DNA of 64,000 nucleotides from Clostridia bacterium (GTDB lineage Bacteria; Bacillota; Clostridia; TANB77; CAG-508): NCBI GenBank assembly GCA_022792395.1, contig JAAWAX010000008.1, positions 25,658 to 89,657 of the forward strand, read 5' to 3'. Shown piece by piece: positions 11,067 to 21,724 of this stretch (position 1 is its first letter; each line of letters starts with the position of its first letter). The notes under the pieces were generated by a model. It saw only the letters and a program-made list of their open reading frames with translations, ran no database searches and was not told where the DNA came from. The position numbers and the translations under genes were made by a program.

Positions 11067-11595
11067 TTTCGCCTCTCAAATAAGTATTAAATGGTTTTCT
11101 TAAAACTCTTTCTAAAAAGAGCATCATAATAACTTTAATTGGTACCATTATTAATTCTTTTACCATTCTAGATGCAAGTAGTACCATAAAAGCCTTACCC
11201 GTTGTAATGGTTAACCACAAAGTATTTAAACCAATATTAGCAATCACAGTAACTAATACTACCGCTAAAATGGTTCTTAATACAAATTGCTTATCACTAT
11301 AGGTATCTTCTTCTTTTTTGTATAATAAAAATCCATAAATAGCTGCTGCAACTGCTGTTGTAATTGTATACCCAATAAAAAACGAACCAAAAGGAAACAG
11401 AGTTGCTCCAATTAAATCACTCAATATACTAATTAATATTGTCCATTTTGGACCAAGCCATATTGCACATAACATGGTTGGCACAAAAGAAAAGCTAATG
11501 GTCAGAATTGGTGTTTTTATCGACAAAAATCTGGATAATACAATTGACATGGCAAGCAATAATGCTGACAATATGATTTTTTTATTTTTCGACAT
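11059..11595 (-). CDS. ECF transporter S component (folate family-like)
   Basis: 178 aa, 6 TM segments. The N-terminus LLAMSIVLSRFLSIKTP resembles FolT-type S components. Overlaps the ATPase gene by 8 nt. Confidence 0.6.
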   Translation of the reverse strand: MSKNKKIILSALLLAMSIVLSRFLSIKTPILTISFSFVPTMLCAIWLGPKWTILISILSDLIGATLFPFGSFFIGYTITTAVAAAIYGFLLYKKEEDTYSDKQFVLRTILAVVLVTVIANIGLNTLWLTITTGKAFMVLLASRMVKELIMVPIKVIMMLFLERVLRKPFNTYLRGEND

Positions 11596-11640
11596 TTTTA
11601 CTTTCCTCCTTTCTATTATATATTCGCATTTTTATAGTAA

Positions 11641-11741
11641 AGTTTATTATATTTTTTATAAAGTAACCATTCGGGGAGAGTAACAAATTATAAAAAGTTA
11701 TCAAATATTGTTAGAAATTTGATTTACAGTCTATTATAAAG
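11641..11741. repeat. degenerate copy of the intergenic MITE-related module
   Basis: Shares agtttattatattttttataaagtaacNattcgggga with 60361.. and with the 183-bp MITE copies. Confidence 0.6.
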
Positions 11742-11808
11742 CTTAAGCGTTTCTTCATAAAAAATCATAATAAACTTTTTATAAAAAACTAATTATTTAA
11801 ACTATATT

Positions 11809-14424
11809 TTATTTCATCTTTTCTTTAATCCTTACTAACGTATTTAGTGCATCAATTGGTGTCAATTCATTCAAATTAACCTTATCCACTTCATGAGCAA
11901 TTTCGGCTAACTTATAATTATATAAATCAAACTGACCTTCCACTTGTTTTTTATCTTCTTTCTCTTGCTTTTGACCAGTCAAAATATTTTTTCTTTCCAA
12001 AGAACGTAAAATCTCATCCGCTTTTTGTGTCACCATTTTAGGAACTCCTGCTAAACGAGCCACATGAATTCCATAGCTTTCATCGGTTCCACCTCTTACA
12101 ATTTTTCTTAAGAAAATAATATCTTCTCCCTTTTCTTTTACCGCAATCGAATAGTTTTTAATACCTTCTAATTTATCTTCTAATTCTGTCAATTCATGAT
12201 AATGAGTAGCAAATAGTGTTTTAGCTCCACATTTTTCCTTATTACTAATAAATTCTGCTACTGCCCAAGCAATCGACAAACCATCATAAGTAGAAGTTCC
12301 TCTTCCAATCTCATCTAAAATAACCAAACTATTATTAGTTGCTTCTTTTAAGATAGTTGCTACTTCCATCATTTCTACCATAAAAGTACTTTGTCCCATA
12401 CTTAAGTCGTCTGATGCCCCCACTCTTGTAAAGATTTTATCAACTACTCCAATTTTGGCTACTTCTGCTGGTACAAAACTACCTACTTGTGCCATCAATG
12501 TAATTAAAGCAACCTGTCTCATATAAGTAGATTTACCTGCCATATTAGGACCTGTAATAATCGATAAGCGATTATCTTGTTTGTCTAAATACGTATCATT
12601 TTCAACAAAAGTTCCTGCTCCTAATATTTTTTCAATCACTGGATGTCTTCCATTTTTAATATCAATTGTTCCTGATGAATTTACTTCTGGCATACAATAA
12701 TTCATATCTTCTGCCACTTCTGCAAAAGAAGTTAAAACATCTAAACTAGATATTACTTCACTTGTTTTTTGTAATCGTTTTACATTTCTAGCAATTTCAT
12801 CTCTTATTTTTACAAAAGCATCATATTCAAGACTTACTACCCTTTCTTCTGCTCCTAAAATTTGATTTTCTAAATTCTTTAGTTCCTCTGTAATGTATCT
12901 TTCAGCATTTGTCAAAGTTTGCTTTCTAACAAATCTGTCTGGTACTTGACTCAAATAAGATTTCGTTACTTCAATAAAATAACCAAATACTTTATTAAAT
13001 CCAATTTTCAAATTTTTGATACCTGTTTTTTCTCTTTCCTCTAGTTCTAATTGTACTAACCAGTTCTTTCCTTCTGTTTGTGCCGTTTTTAGGGTATCAA
13101 TTTCTTCATCATATCCTAATTTAATAATACCACCATCTTTAATGGTCATTGGTGGATCATCTATAATCGCTCCATCAATTAATTGATAAATGTCTTGTAA
13201 TTCATCTAAATTTTCAGCCAAATCTTTTAACAAATCTGTTTTACAATTCGTTAAACTTTTCTTTACTTCTGGTAATTTTAATAACGAATTTTTTAATGTT
13301 ACCATATCTCTAGCATTCGCATTTCCATAAGCCATTTTACCAGCTAAACGTTCGATATCATATACTTTTTTTAAGTTGTCAACCACATCACCTCGTAGCA
13401 TAACATCATTTTTTAATTCTTTTACTGCATCTAATCTTCGATTAATTTCTAATACATCTACTAAAGGGTCATTGAGCCATCTTCTTAAGGCTCTTCCCCC
13501 CATTGAAGTTGATGTTTTATCTAATACCCATAACAAAGTCCCTTTTTTGGATTTATCTCTTAATTTTTCTGTTATTTCTAAATTTCTTCTGGCATTAATA
13601 TCAAGTGCCATATATCTAGATAGTTGATATACTACAATTTTATTGATATGGTCTAAAGTTGTTTTCTGGGTCTGTTCTATGTATTCGACTAAAGCATGAA
13701 TCGAACTAATTGCTAATGTTTTTTCTTGAAAGTTTTCTATTTTTTGCCCCTTGTTGTTAACAATACTAAATCGCAATTCTAAATTTTCTACTTCGTTAAC
13801 AAAAAATTTGTCATGAAAGGTTGTGATATAAATATTTTCAAATCTTTCTTTTATTTTTTCAATTTCTTCGGTACAATCTGCCATCATAGAATTTACTACT
13901 AATTCAGATGGTGTATATCTTGCAATTTCATCTAGTAGCATCGGAAAATTATGATTATCTTTAATTTCTGCTGAATAGAATTCTCCCGTTGAAATGTCAC
14001 ATACACTAATGCCAAAATAAATGCCAGTTTTAAAAATGGACATGATATAATTATTTTTTCTTTCTTCTAGCATATTACTCTCTACTACTGTTCCTGGTGT
14101 TACTACTCGAATCACGCCTCTTTTTACAATACCTTTTGTATTTTTAGGGTCTTCTAACTGCTCACATATTGCTACTTTATAACCTTTATTTACTAATTTA
14201 GCTATGTACATTTCAGCTGCATGGTGTGGCACTCCTGCCATGGGTGCTCTTTCAGCTTGTCCACAATCTTTTCCTGTCAAAGTTATTTCCAATTCTCTTG
14301 CTACCAAAATAGCATCATCGAAGAACATTTCATAAAAATCTCCTAGTCGGTAGAATAAGATACAGTCTTTATATTCTTCTTTGGTTTCAAGATATCTTTG
14401 CATCATCGGTGAATATTCTGCCAT
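11809..14424 (-). CDS. mutS: DNA mismatch repair protein MutS
   Basis: 871 aa. N-terminal PMMQRYLETKEEYKDCILFYRLGDFYEMF, Walker A GPNMAGKST. Confidence 0.95.
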   Translation of the reverse strand: MAEYSPMMQRYLETKEEYKDCILFYRLGDFYEMFFDDAILVARELEITLTGKDCGQAERAPMAGVPHHAAEMYIAKLVNKGYKVAICEQLEDPKNTKGIVKRGVIRVVTPGTVVESNMLEERKNNYIMSIFKTGIYFGISVCDISTGEFYSAEIKDNHNFPMLLDEIARYTPSELVVNSMMADCTEEIEKIKERFENIYITTFHDKFFVNEVENLELRFSIVNNKGQKIENFQEKTLAISSIHALVEYIEQTQKTTLDHINKIVVYQLSRYMALDINARRNLEITEKLRDKSKKGTLLWVLDKTSTSMGGRALRRWLNDPLVDVLEINRRLDAVKELKNDVMLRGDVVDNLKKVYDIERLAGKMAYGNANARDMVTLKNSLLKLPEVKKSLTNCKTDLLKDLAENLDELQDIYQLIDGAIIDDPPMTIKDGGIIKLGYDEEIDTLKTAQTEGKNWLVQLELEEREKTGIKNLKIGFNKVFGYFIEVTKSYLSQVPDRFVRKQTLTNAERYITEELKNLENQILGAEERVVSLEYDAFVKIRDEIARNVKRLQKTSEVISSLDVLTSFAEVAEDMNYCMPEVNSSGTIDIKNGRHPVIEKILGAGTFVENDTYLDKQDNRLSIITGPNMAGKSTYMRQVALITLMAQVGSFVPAEVAKIGVVDKIFTRVGASDDLSMGQSTFMVEMMEVATILKEATNNSLVILDEIGRGTSTYDGLSIAWAVAEFISNKEKCGAKTLFATHYHELTELEDKLEGIKNYSIAVKEKGEDIIFLRKIVRGGTDESYGIHVARLAGVPKMVTQKADEILRSLERKNILTGQKQEKEDKKQVEGQFDLYNYKLAEIAHEVDKVNLNELTPIDALNTLVRIKEKMK

Positions 14425-15837
14425 TTACATCTCTCCTTTCAAATACCACATATGTTCAGAGATAATTTTTAAGTCAATAATTTTTCCAATTAAATCCTCA
14501 CTTCCTTCAAAAATAACCACTTTGTTACTATCTGTTCTTCCTGTTAATAAGTCTTTGTTATTTTTACTTTCTCCTTCTACTAAAACCTTTTGTACTGTAC
14601 CAACATATTTTTGATTGTTTTCTTGCATTTGACTTTCTACTAAAGCTTTTAATCTATCAAATCTTTTGTGTTTTTGTTCCTCTGGAATTTGGTTTTCCAT
14701 CTTGTCTCCAGGTGTTCCTACTCTTCTTGAATAAATAAACATATAAACTTGTTCAAATTTTACTTGCCTTACTACATCTAATGTATCTTCAAACTCTTTC
14801 TCTGTCTCTCCTGGAAATCCAACAATAATGTCTGTTGATAGTGTTAAATTTGGTATTTTTTCTTTCATCTGTTTTACTAAAGCTAAATATTGTTCTTTCG
14901 TATATTTTCGATTCATTTCTTTTAAAACTTTACTATTTCCAGATTGTAATGGCAAATGTACTAATTTACATACTTTATTACAACTTGCAATTGCTTCTAT
15001 TACATCCTCTGTAAAGTCTTTTGGATGTGGTGATACAAAACGAATTCTTTTAATCCCATCAATTTTGTTAATAGCTTTTAGCAAAGTGGCAAAAGAATGA
15101 ATTCCTTCTTTATCTCCAAAATTAATTCCCTTTTCATGTTCTGCCCTTAAATAAGAATTAACATTTTGACCAAGTAACGTTATTTCTTGATATCCCTGTT
15201 TTGCCAAGTCTTCTATTTCATAGATGATATCTTTTGGCATCCTACTTCTTTCTCGACCACGCACATAAGGAACAATACAATAACTACAAAAGTTATTACA
15301 TCCATTCATAATCGTTACAGATGCTTTAATATTACCCTCTCTCTTGATTGGTAGTCCTTCATAGATTTCTCCATTAATATCTATTATATCTTCTAATTTT
15401 TTCTTTTCCTCTATCGTTTTATATAAATTTTCTGGAAATTTATGTAATGTATGAGTTCCAAACAGGATATCCACAAAAGGATAGCTTTGTTTGATTTTAT
15501 CCGTAATATGCTTTTCTTGCATCATACATCCACCAATCGCAATAATAATGCCTCTCTCTTCTTTTAATCTTTTTAGTTCTCCTAATTTTCCAAAAAGTTT
15601 ATCTTCAGCATTTTCTCTAACGCAACAAGTGTTAAATAAAGCCAAATCTGCTTCTTTGGAATCTTGGGTTTGTATATATCCCATATTTTCTAACATACCA
15701 CATAATTTTTCAGAATCATTTTCATTTAACTGACATCCCATTGTTAAAATGGTATATTTAGGTATTTTATTTTGATTGATTTTTTTTACTTTTTCTATAT
15801 ATTGTTCTTGTAACTTTACTTCATTTGCTGTATCCAC
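14425..15837 (-). CDS. miaB: tRNA (i6A37) methylthiotransferase MiaB
   Basis: Radical-SAM CxxxCxxC (CNNFCSYC), an N-terminal MTTase Cys triad and a TRAM C-terminus. Abuts mutS. Confidence 0.9.
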   Translation of the reverse strand: MDTANEVKLQEQYIEKVKKINQNKIPKYTILTMGCQLNENDSEKLCGMLENMGYIQTQDSKEADLALFNTCCVRENAEDKLFGKLGELKRLKEERGIIIAIGGCMMQEKHITDKIKQSYPFVDILFGTHTLHKFPENLYKTIEEKKKLEDIIDINGEIYEGLPIKREGNIKASVTIMNGCNNFCSYCIVPYVRGRERSRMPKDIIYEIEDLAKQGYQEITLLGQNVNSYLRAEHEKGINFGDKEGIHSFATLLKAINKIDGIKRIRFVSPHPKDFTEDVIEAIASCNKVCKLVHLPLQSGNSKVLKEMNRKYTKEQYLALVKQMKEKIPNLTLSTDIIVGFPGETEKEFEDTLDVVRQVKFEQVYMFIYSRRVGTPGDKMENQIPEEQKHKRFDRLKALVESQMQENNQKYVGTVQKVLVEGESKNNKDLLTGRTDSNKVVIFEGSEDLIGKIIDLKIISEHMWYLKGEM

Positions 15838-15929
15838 TTTTAACCTCCATTATACTTGCTTATTTTATTACATTTTTCTACATTTTGCAATCATTTTGTT
15901 GTACTTTTTTCATTTCGTGATATAATAAG

Positions 15930-16112
15930 ATTACTGTTCACAACTTAAATAACAATTAATAAAATTTATTAGTATTTTTTCTAAAGCGACTCCCAACAGC
16001 GGACAAACTGTAACTAAAGTAACAGTTTGTATCCTTGTTGGTTCCCCCGAATTGTCACTTTAGAAAAAATATAATAAATTTAATATGAAAATTAACAACT
16101 GTGAATTGTAGC
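15930..16112. mobile_element. 183-bp MITE, copy A (inverted relative to copies B and C)
   Basis: Terminal inverted repeats (gctacaattcacag... / ...ctgttcacaac) flanked by the 8-bp direct duplication ATAATAAG (15922..15929 and 16113..16120). Confidence 0.8.
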
Positions 16113-16151
16113 ATAATAAGATTACTATAAAATGAAAGAAGTGAAAAATAA

Positions 16152-16829
16152 ATGGGAAAATTTGATTCTTTATTAAAAACACATAATAGCAAAAGAAAGT
16201 ACCTATATGATTACACAAAACTTTATAAAAAAGGGCGTTTTGCAACCTCTGTTGATTATGATTATTTTGAAAATCTTTATATGCTAAAACTTTTGGAAGA
16301 TAATAAAAAGAAAAAATATAATGAAGATTTAATTTCATTATGGGGCAAATTAGATATGAAAAGCTATATTGATTATGATTTGGGAAATACCATTAATTTG
16401 TATTTTGTAGATAGTTTTGAACAAATTTCAGTAAGTCAACTAGATGACTATAATTTTATGCATGAAGATAGTAGAAAAATGAATCTTTTAGATATCAAAT
16501 ATATAAAACATTTAACCTTGGAAAATATTCAATTAGAAAATCTCTATTTAGCAACTTTTGAGATTCTTGATAAAGATAATAATTTTCGCCCTTATGTTTT
16601 AATTTTTACAAAAGATGAAAGAAATAATTTTATCGAAATTGGTTATGGTTATGATTCGAATGATAATGGAAATATCGAATTGAAAATTCAATCCTTCAAT
16701 TACCCTATATTTCTTACTACAAATGGATGCATTCTTTTACCTTTAACCAATCGAAAAATAAAATTAAATGTATATGATTACATTACTGATATGGATATTC
16801 AAAAAATCGAGAAATCAAATATGGGCTGA
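16152..16829 (+). CDS. hypothetical protein
   Basis: 225-aa ORF with an RBS; no recognisable motif. Confidence 0.45.
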   Translation: MGKFDSLLKTHNSKRKYLYDYTKLYKKGRFATSVDYDYFENLYMLKLLEDNKKKKYNEDLISLWGKLDMKSYIDYDLGNTINLYFVDSFEQISVSQLDDYNFMHEDSRKMNLLDIKYIKHLTLENIQLENLYLATFEILDKDNNFRPYVLIFTKDERNNFIEIGYGYDSNDNGNIELKIQSFNYPIFLTTNGCILLPLTNRKIKLNVYDYITDMDIQKIEKSNMG

Positions 16830-16843
16830 TTTAAATTCAGCCC
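16823..16843. terminator. short hairpin between convergent genes
   Basis: gggctga tttaaat tcagccc. Confidence 0.5.
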
Positions 16844-16856
16844 ACATTTGTATATT

Positions 16857-17057
16857 CTATGCAAGTCCATATTTTTTCTTGAATTTATCTGCTCTACCAC
16901 CAACTGTTTCTTGTCTTAAATTACCAGTCCAGTATGGATGACATTTTGAACATACATCTACTTTTAAATCTTTTTTAGTTGATCCAACTTCTAAAACATT
17001 TCCACATGCACATGTGATTGTTGTTTGGTTATAATTTGGATGGATTCCTTCTTTCAT
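16857..17057 (-). CDS. rpmE: 50S ribosomal protein L31
   Basis: MKEGIHPNY...CACG...[10 protein letters not shown] is the canonical Zn-binding L31. Confidence 0.95.
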   Translation of the reverse strand: MKEGIHPNYNQTTITCACGNVLEVGSTKKDLKVDVCSKCHPYWTGNLRQETVGGRADKFKKKYGLA

Positions 17058-17136
17058 TTTCAGTTCACCTCTTTCTTGTGTTAAAAATAATTTGACTGTG
17101 TTTTATCATAACATATTTTTTTTTATTTTTCAAGTA

Positions 17137-17301
17137 TTATTTTTGATTTTGTTCATTTTGTTCTTCTTCATACATATATTCAGCTGAATAAAGCATTTCT
17201 TTGTTAAGAGAAAGTTTGTTGATTAATTTTCCCATAACATTGAAAATACAAGCAACAATTAAAATTATCATTCCGATTCTTTTCCAGTTTCTTTTTAGCA
17301 T
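17137..17301 (-). CDS. small membrane protein (hypothetical)
   Basis: 54-aa ORF (MLKRNWKRIGMIILIVACIF...) below the track cut-off; one TM helix. Confidence 0.3.
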   Translation of the reverse strand: MLKRNWKRIGMIILIVACIFNVMGKLINKLSLNKEMLYSAEYMYEEEQNEQNQK

Positions 17302-17411
17302 GATTTTTTCTTCCTTTCAAAATTCACAATTAATAATACATATTAATTATACTTTTATTTTTCAAAATTGTCAATAATTTCGCATTTTTTTGGTTATACT
17401 ATCGTTGGTGA

Positions 17412-18126
17412 TTGAAAATGAATAAGAAAATTTGGATTATAATTGCTATTATAGTAATGCTACTAATTGGTGTTGGCATTTTCTTTTATTTCAAAAATGA
17501 AACACCTAAAGAAGATGAAAATAATTATGAAGCCAATCGAACTTCAGCTACTAATACATCAAATGATGAACACAAAGATAACAATTCTACTAATTCAGAA
17601 CAAGAAAATACCTCTTCGGAAAATAAAGAAAATCTAACAAAAACTGAAAATACACCACCTCCTAAAATAGAAGAGCAAATCGCAACCTTTACCACTAAAA
17701 TATATTCTACTGATTCTGCTCGCCAAAATAATATTTCTATTACTTGTAATACTTTAAATGGAACCATTGTAAAAAATGGAGAAACCTTTTCCTTTTGTGG
17801 AACAGTAGGTCAAGCCTCTACTAGTAAAGGATATCAAGAAGCTGATATTCTTGATAAAAATGGAAATAAGAAAAAAGGGTTAGGTGGTCGGGAATTGTCA
17901 AATTAGTTCTACTTTATATAATGCTGTTTTAGCCGTTCCTACTTTAGTTGTTACAGAAAGACATCCTCATAGCAATTATGTTCCTTATATTGAAAAAGGA
18001 AAAGATGCTGCTGTTGCTTATGGTAGTTATGATTTTAAATTTAGGAATGATTCTGGAAATGATATAAAAATATTAGCTTCAACAGATAGTGCAACAGTAA
18101 CCACTACTTTACTTTCTCTTAAATAG
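17412..18126 (+). CDS. VanW family protein; needs a +1 shift at CGG 17889..17891
   Basis: Joins as ...KKGLGG-G-NCQISSTLYNAVLAVPTLVVTERHPHSNYVPYIEKGKDAAVAY, matching the VanW core GGGVCQVSSTLYNA. Confidence 0.85.
17889..17891 (+). other. in-frame CGG recoding site (GGT CGG G -> GGT [C] GGG)
   Basis: The 0 frame stops 5 codons later. Confidence 0.85.
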
Positions 18127-18150
18127 TTAAAATTAAGTAATAAAATTTTA

Positions 18151-18188
18151 AAAAAGTGCCGATGGGCAAATGCCCACAGCACTTTTTC
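18151..18188. terminator. bidirectional rho-independent terminator
   Basis: aaaagtgc...gcactttt outer stem with an inner tgggca/tgccca stem, A/T tracts on both sides, between convergent genes. Confidence 0.75.
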
Positions 18189-18189
18189 T

Positions 18190-19256
18190 TTACTTTTCTA
18201 CAATAAAAGCATTTGGTAAATATCTTTCCCCTGCTGGAGTTGAAGTTTTATTTACGACTTTACCATCATAATACATAGTAGCAGAAGAACCTCCATCTAA
18301 ATTAGCAGCATTATAAGCCCCATATCTTTCAAATATATTTTGCAGTTCCAACAAATTAGTCCCAATGCTATATCCGAGGTTGTCTACCATCAATTGCTAC
18401 AAATATCATTGTCCCGTCTTGCTTTTGTCCAATTGCCATTCTAGGATGTAATCCCCCAGCATTTGCATTTTTTATTTGATTATTTCCATTTACAATAATA
18501 AAAGGTCCAAATGCAATTGCTGACTCAATTCCTTCTTCTATAGCTTCTTGATAATTGTATTTTCCTAATATCAATTTTCCCTCTTGACTTAATCCAATTA
18601 GACTATATCTTGTAGATTTATTACCATACACTAACTTTTTATTCATAATCACCGTATCATTTAATATATTTCCCATACCTCTACCATTTGGGTCATCAAA
18701 TCCTCCTGCATTAATTCCTGCAATAGCATCTTGATTTTTTACAATCTCGCTTAATTTAGAACCTCTTCCGAGTCAATCTTCCATCTACCAATTTTACTTT
18801 AGAAGCATCTGGTACAATCATAACATAACCTACATATCCTTTTCCTGTTATTCTTTCAACTGTAATTTCCTTCTCTTCTTCCAATTCAACTAACAAAATA
18901 TCATCTGAATCAGAATTTTCATTGTTTTCCACTTCTAACTTTTTCATGATTTCTGCAATTTCTTCATCGGATAAAAACCATGTTGCTAAATATTGATGAT
19001 TCATAGTGGTCATAGCTGTTTGTACCCATAATTCTTTGTATTCTTGAAATAAAGTCGTTTTAAAAAATAAAAAGATAAATACAATTGCTAAAATAATTAA
19101 TATTAGTAAAATTTTTAGACACAAAAAAATTTTTCTTCGCTTTTTCTTTTCCTTTTTTGTCTCTACTTTTTCTTTCTCTTTATTCTCCTTTTTTTCTTTA
19201 TTGAATTGATTAATATGATTTTTTTCTTCTTCATTATTTCTAATTTCTAACTTCAT
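18190..19256 (-). CDS. phosphodiester glycosidase (NAGPA/DUF2233) family protein; needs +1 shifts at CGG 18770..18768 and 18376..18374
   Basis: Three segments join as ...VDGRLT-G-RGSKLSEIVKNQDAIAGINAGGFDDPNGRG...FVAIDGRQP-G-YSIGTNLLELQ...NLDGGSSATMYYDG. Confidence 0.8.
18374..18376 (-). other. in-frame CGG recoding site (CCT CGG A -> CCT [C] GGA)
   Basis: The 0 frame reads CGG ATA TAG. Confidence 0.85.
18768..18770 (-). other. in-frame CGG recoding site (ACT CGG A -> ACT [C] GGA)
   Basis: The 0 frame stops 4 codons later. Confidence 0.85.
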
Positions 19257-19439
19257 TTATTACTCTCCCTATTTTTAACGTTCTTATTTTATCATATATT
19301 GGTTTGTTCTTCAAGTTTTTATCTTATTGCAAGCTTCACTTTCTTCTTAAATTGAGATACTTTACAAGAGAATCCGATTTTGAATAACATATTTTTTATA
19401 TTTTTGAATATAGTTTACTAACATATTGGAGGGATATTT

Positions 19440-20729
19440 ATGCCTAAATTAAAATTATTTATTTCTTTTTTCTTAATCCTTATACTTTGTATTACTTTTG
19501 TACTTCCATGTTTTGCTGAAGAAACCACTTATGTCTGGTCGAGTAGTTCTACTCCCGTAAATGCTAATATAAGTGAAGATAGCACCAATTACACAGATGC
19601 AAGCAATGATGAAATAAACTCTACTACTGCAAATGAAAGTGAAACAAATAATAACACCTTAAATTTAGAATCTGCATCAGCAATTTTAATCGAACAATCT
19701 ACAGGTCAAATTTTATATGAGCATAACTGTCATGAAGCATTACGACCTGCTTCTGTCACAAAAGTAATGAGCATTTTATTGATTATGGAGGCTTTAGATA
19801 ATGGCACTATTTCCTTAAATGATACCGTTCCTTGTAGTGAAAATGCTGCTTCTATGGGTGGTTCGCAAATTTGGTTGGATCCAAGAGAAACCTTAACCGT
19901 GGATGAAATGCTAAAGGCCATCTGTGTAGCCTCTGCCAACGATTGTGTCGTAGCTATGGCTGAATATCTTGCTGGTTCTGAGGAAGCTTTTGTACAAATG
20001 ATGAATGATAAAGCAAAAGAATTAGGAATGAATGATACCACTTTTAAAAATTGCCATGGATTAGATGAAGATGGTCATGTTACTTCTAGTTATGATATTA
20101 GTCTAATGTCAAAAGAATTGTTAAATAATCATCCTCAAATAACAAATTATACTACCATTTGGACTGATAGCTTACGTGATGGAAAATCGGAACTAACCAA
20201 CACAAATAAATTAATTCGAACTTATAAAGGAGCAACTGGCTTAAAAACTGGTTCTACTGGATTAGCTTTATATAATTTATCAGCAAGTGCTACTCGTGAT
20301 AATTTGTCTTTAATTGCGGTTATCATGAAAGCTCCTTCCACTAAAGTTCGTTTTGAAGAGGCTCAAAAATTGTTAGACTATGGTTTTAGTAATTTTTCTT
20401 TTAGACAATTTGGCAAAAAAGAAGAAGTAGTTAAATCTTTATCTGTTACCAAAGGTGTTTGCTCTTCGGTTGATGCTATTTTACTCGATAATGCAGGTAC
20501 AATAATTGAAAAAGGAAAAGATAAAAACATTGAACAAAACTTAATTTTAGAAAATACCATTTCTGCACCAATATCTGCTGGTCAAAAATTAGGAGAAGTT
20601 TCCTTTGTTTTAGATGGCAAAACTTTATCTACTGTGGATATTGTTGCTAAAAATGATGTAGCTAAAATAAATTTATTTACTATGTCAAAGAAAGTAATTT
20701 ACTCATGGATTGACTTATTGCGTTCTTAA
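19440..20729 (+). CDS. D-alanyl-D-alanine carboxypeptidase (PBP5/DacA-DacF family)
   Basis: Signal peptide plus the SVTK (SxxK), SAND (SxN) and KTGST motifs. Confidence 0.9.
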   Translation: MPKLKLFISFFLILILCITFVLPCFAEETTYVWSSSSTPVNANISEDSTNYTDASNDEINSTTANESETNNNTLNLESASAILIEQSTGQILYEHNCHEALRPASVTKVMSILLIMEALDNGTISLNDTVPCSENAASMGGSQIWLDPRETLTVDEMLKAICVASANDCVVAMAEYLAGSEEAFVQMMNDKAKELGMNDTTFKNCHGLDEDGHVTSSYDISLMSKELLNNHPQITNYTTIWTDSLRDGKSELTNTNKLIRTYKGATGLKTGSTGLALYNLSASATRDNLSLIAVIMKAPSTKVRFEEAQKLLDYGFSNFSFRQFGKKEEVVKSLSVTKGVCSSVDAILLDNAGTIIEKGKDKNIEQNLILENTISAPISAGQKLGEVSFVLDGKTLSTVDIVAKNDVAKINLFTMSKKVIYSWIDLLRS

Positions 20730-20783
20730 AGAAAATAGAGTAGTAAAAAATACAAATATATTTTTTACTACTCTATTTTCTTT
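20728..20783. terminator. bidirectional terminator with a 23-bp perfect stem
   Basis: aaagaaaatagagtagtaaaaaa / ttttttactactctattttcttt. Confidence 0.85.
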
Positions 20784-20815
20784 CATTTCAAAATTCTATA
20801 TTTTGCGATTTCTTA

Positions 20816-21670
20816 TTATTGAAAAGAAATATATTTATAAACCGCTTCTGCAAACCCACTATTATCGACACTATTTTGTGTTGTATAAGTAGCCACCTCT
20901 TTTACTGCATCATAAGCATTTGCTACTGCTACACCAATACCAGAACTTCTAATCATATCAATATCATTTAAATTATCTCCAATTGCCATAACTTCAGAAG
21001 AAGAAAGTTTTAAATAATTTGAAAGAATGATTAATGCTTCACTCTTATTCGTTTTACTTGGTGTAATATCTAAATATTCATATTCTTTATTAATAATTCT
21101 ATCCTTATACTGTTTTGACTTTTTTACCCTAAAAATGGTCAAATCCATTTTTTGATTTATCGCATTTTGTAAATTAACTAAACTAGAAGAACTAGAAATA
21201 ACGATTTTAAAAACAGTAGGCTTTTTTTCACTTATGTATTCTTCCATATTAGAAATGACTTTGAAATCTAAATTATTGGGAAAAATAGAATCCTTTAAAA
21301 TAAAATTTCTCAAATCCATATACATTAATTGGGGAGTAATTACTTCATTTTCGGTATAAAAATGAATATGTAGATTTTCTTTTTTAGCCAAATTGATACA
21401 AGCTTTAACCTCTTCTTGTGATAAGGTTTTTCGAAAAATTTCTTTTCCTGTTTTTAAATCTATAATTTGATTGCCATTTCCGAAAATTCCATAGCTTGCT
21501 TGTAAGTCTTCACAAAAGTTTTTAACCATTGCATATGGTTTACCTGTGCATATTGTAAAATCAATATGAGATTTTTTCATATCATGAATTGCTTTTAAAT
21601 TTTGAGATGATATCGTATTGCTTTCTCCTATGATAGTTCCATCAATATCGCTTGCTACTAAACGTATCAT
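20816..21670 (-). CDS. Cof-type HAD-IIB family hydrolase
   Basis: N-terminal LVASDIDGT (DxDxT) and a C-terminal GDNLNDIDM motif. Confidence 0.8.
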   Translation of the reverse strand: MIRLVASDIDGTIIGESNTISSQNLKAIHDMKKSHIDFTICTGKPYAMVKNFCEDLQASYGIFGNGNQIIDLKTGKEIFRKTLSQEEVKACINLAKKENLHIHFYTENEVITPQLMYMDLRNFILKDSIFPNNLDFKVISNMEEYISEKKPTVFKIVISSSSSLVNLQNAINQKMDLTIFRVKKSKQYKDRIINKEYEYLDITPSKTNKSEALIILSNYLKLSSSEVMAIGDNLNDIDMIRSSGIGVAVANAYDAVKEVATYTTQNSVDNSGFAEAVYKYISFQ

Positions 21671-21724
21671 TGTATCTCCTCATTCTCTATTTTAATTTCT
21701 TCAATCATTATATCATTTGATATT

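Noticed and set aside
11596-11808. A THF riboswitch upstream of the folate-type ECF S component.
   Set aside because: The leader is extremely AT-rich and lacks the GC-rich conserved THF motif segments. It contains a degenerate MITE-related module instead.
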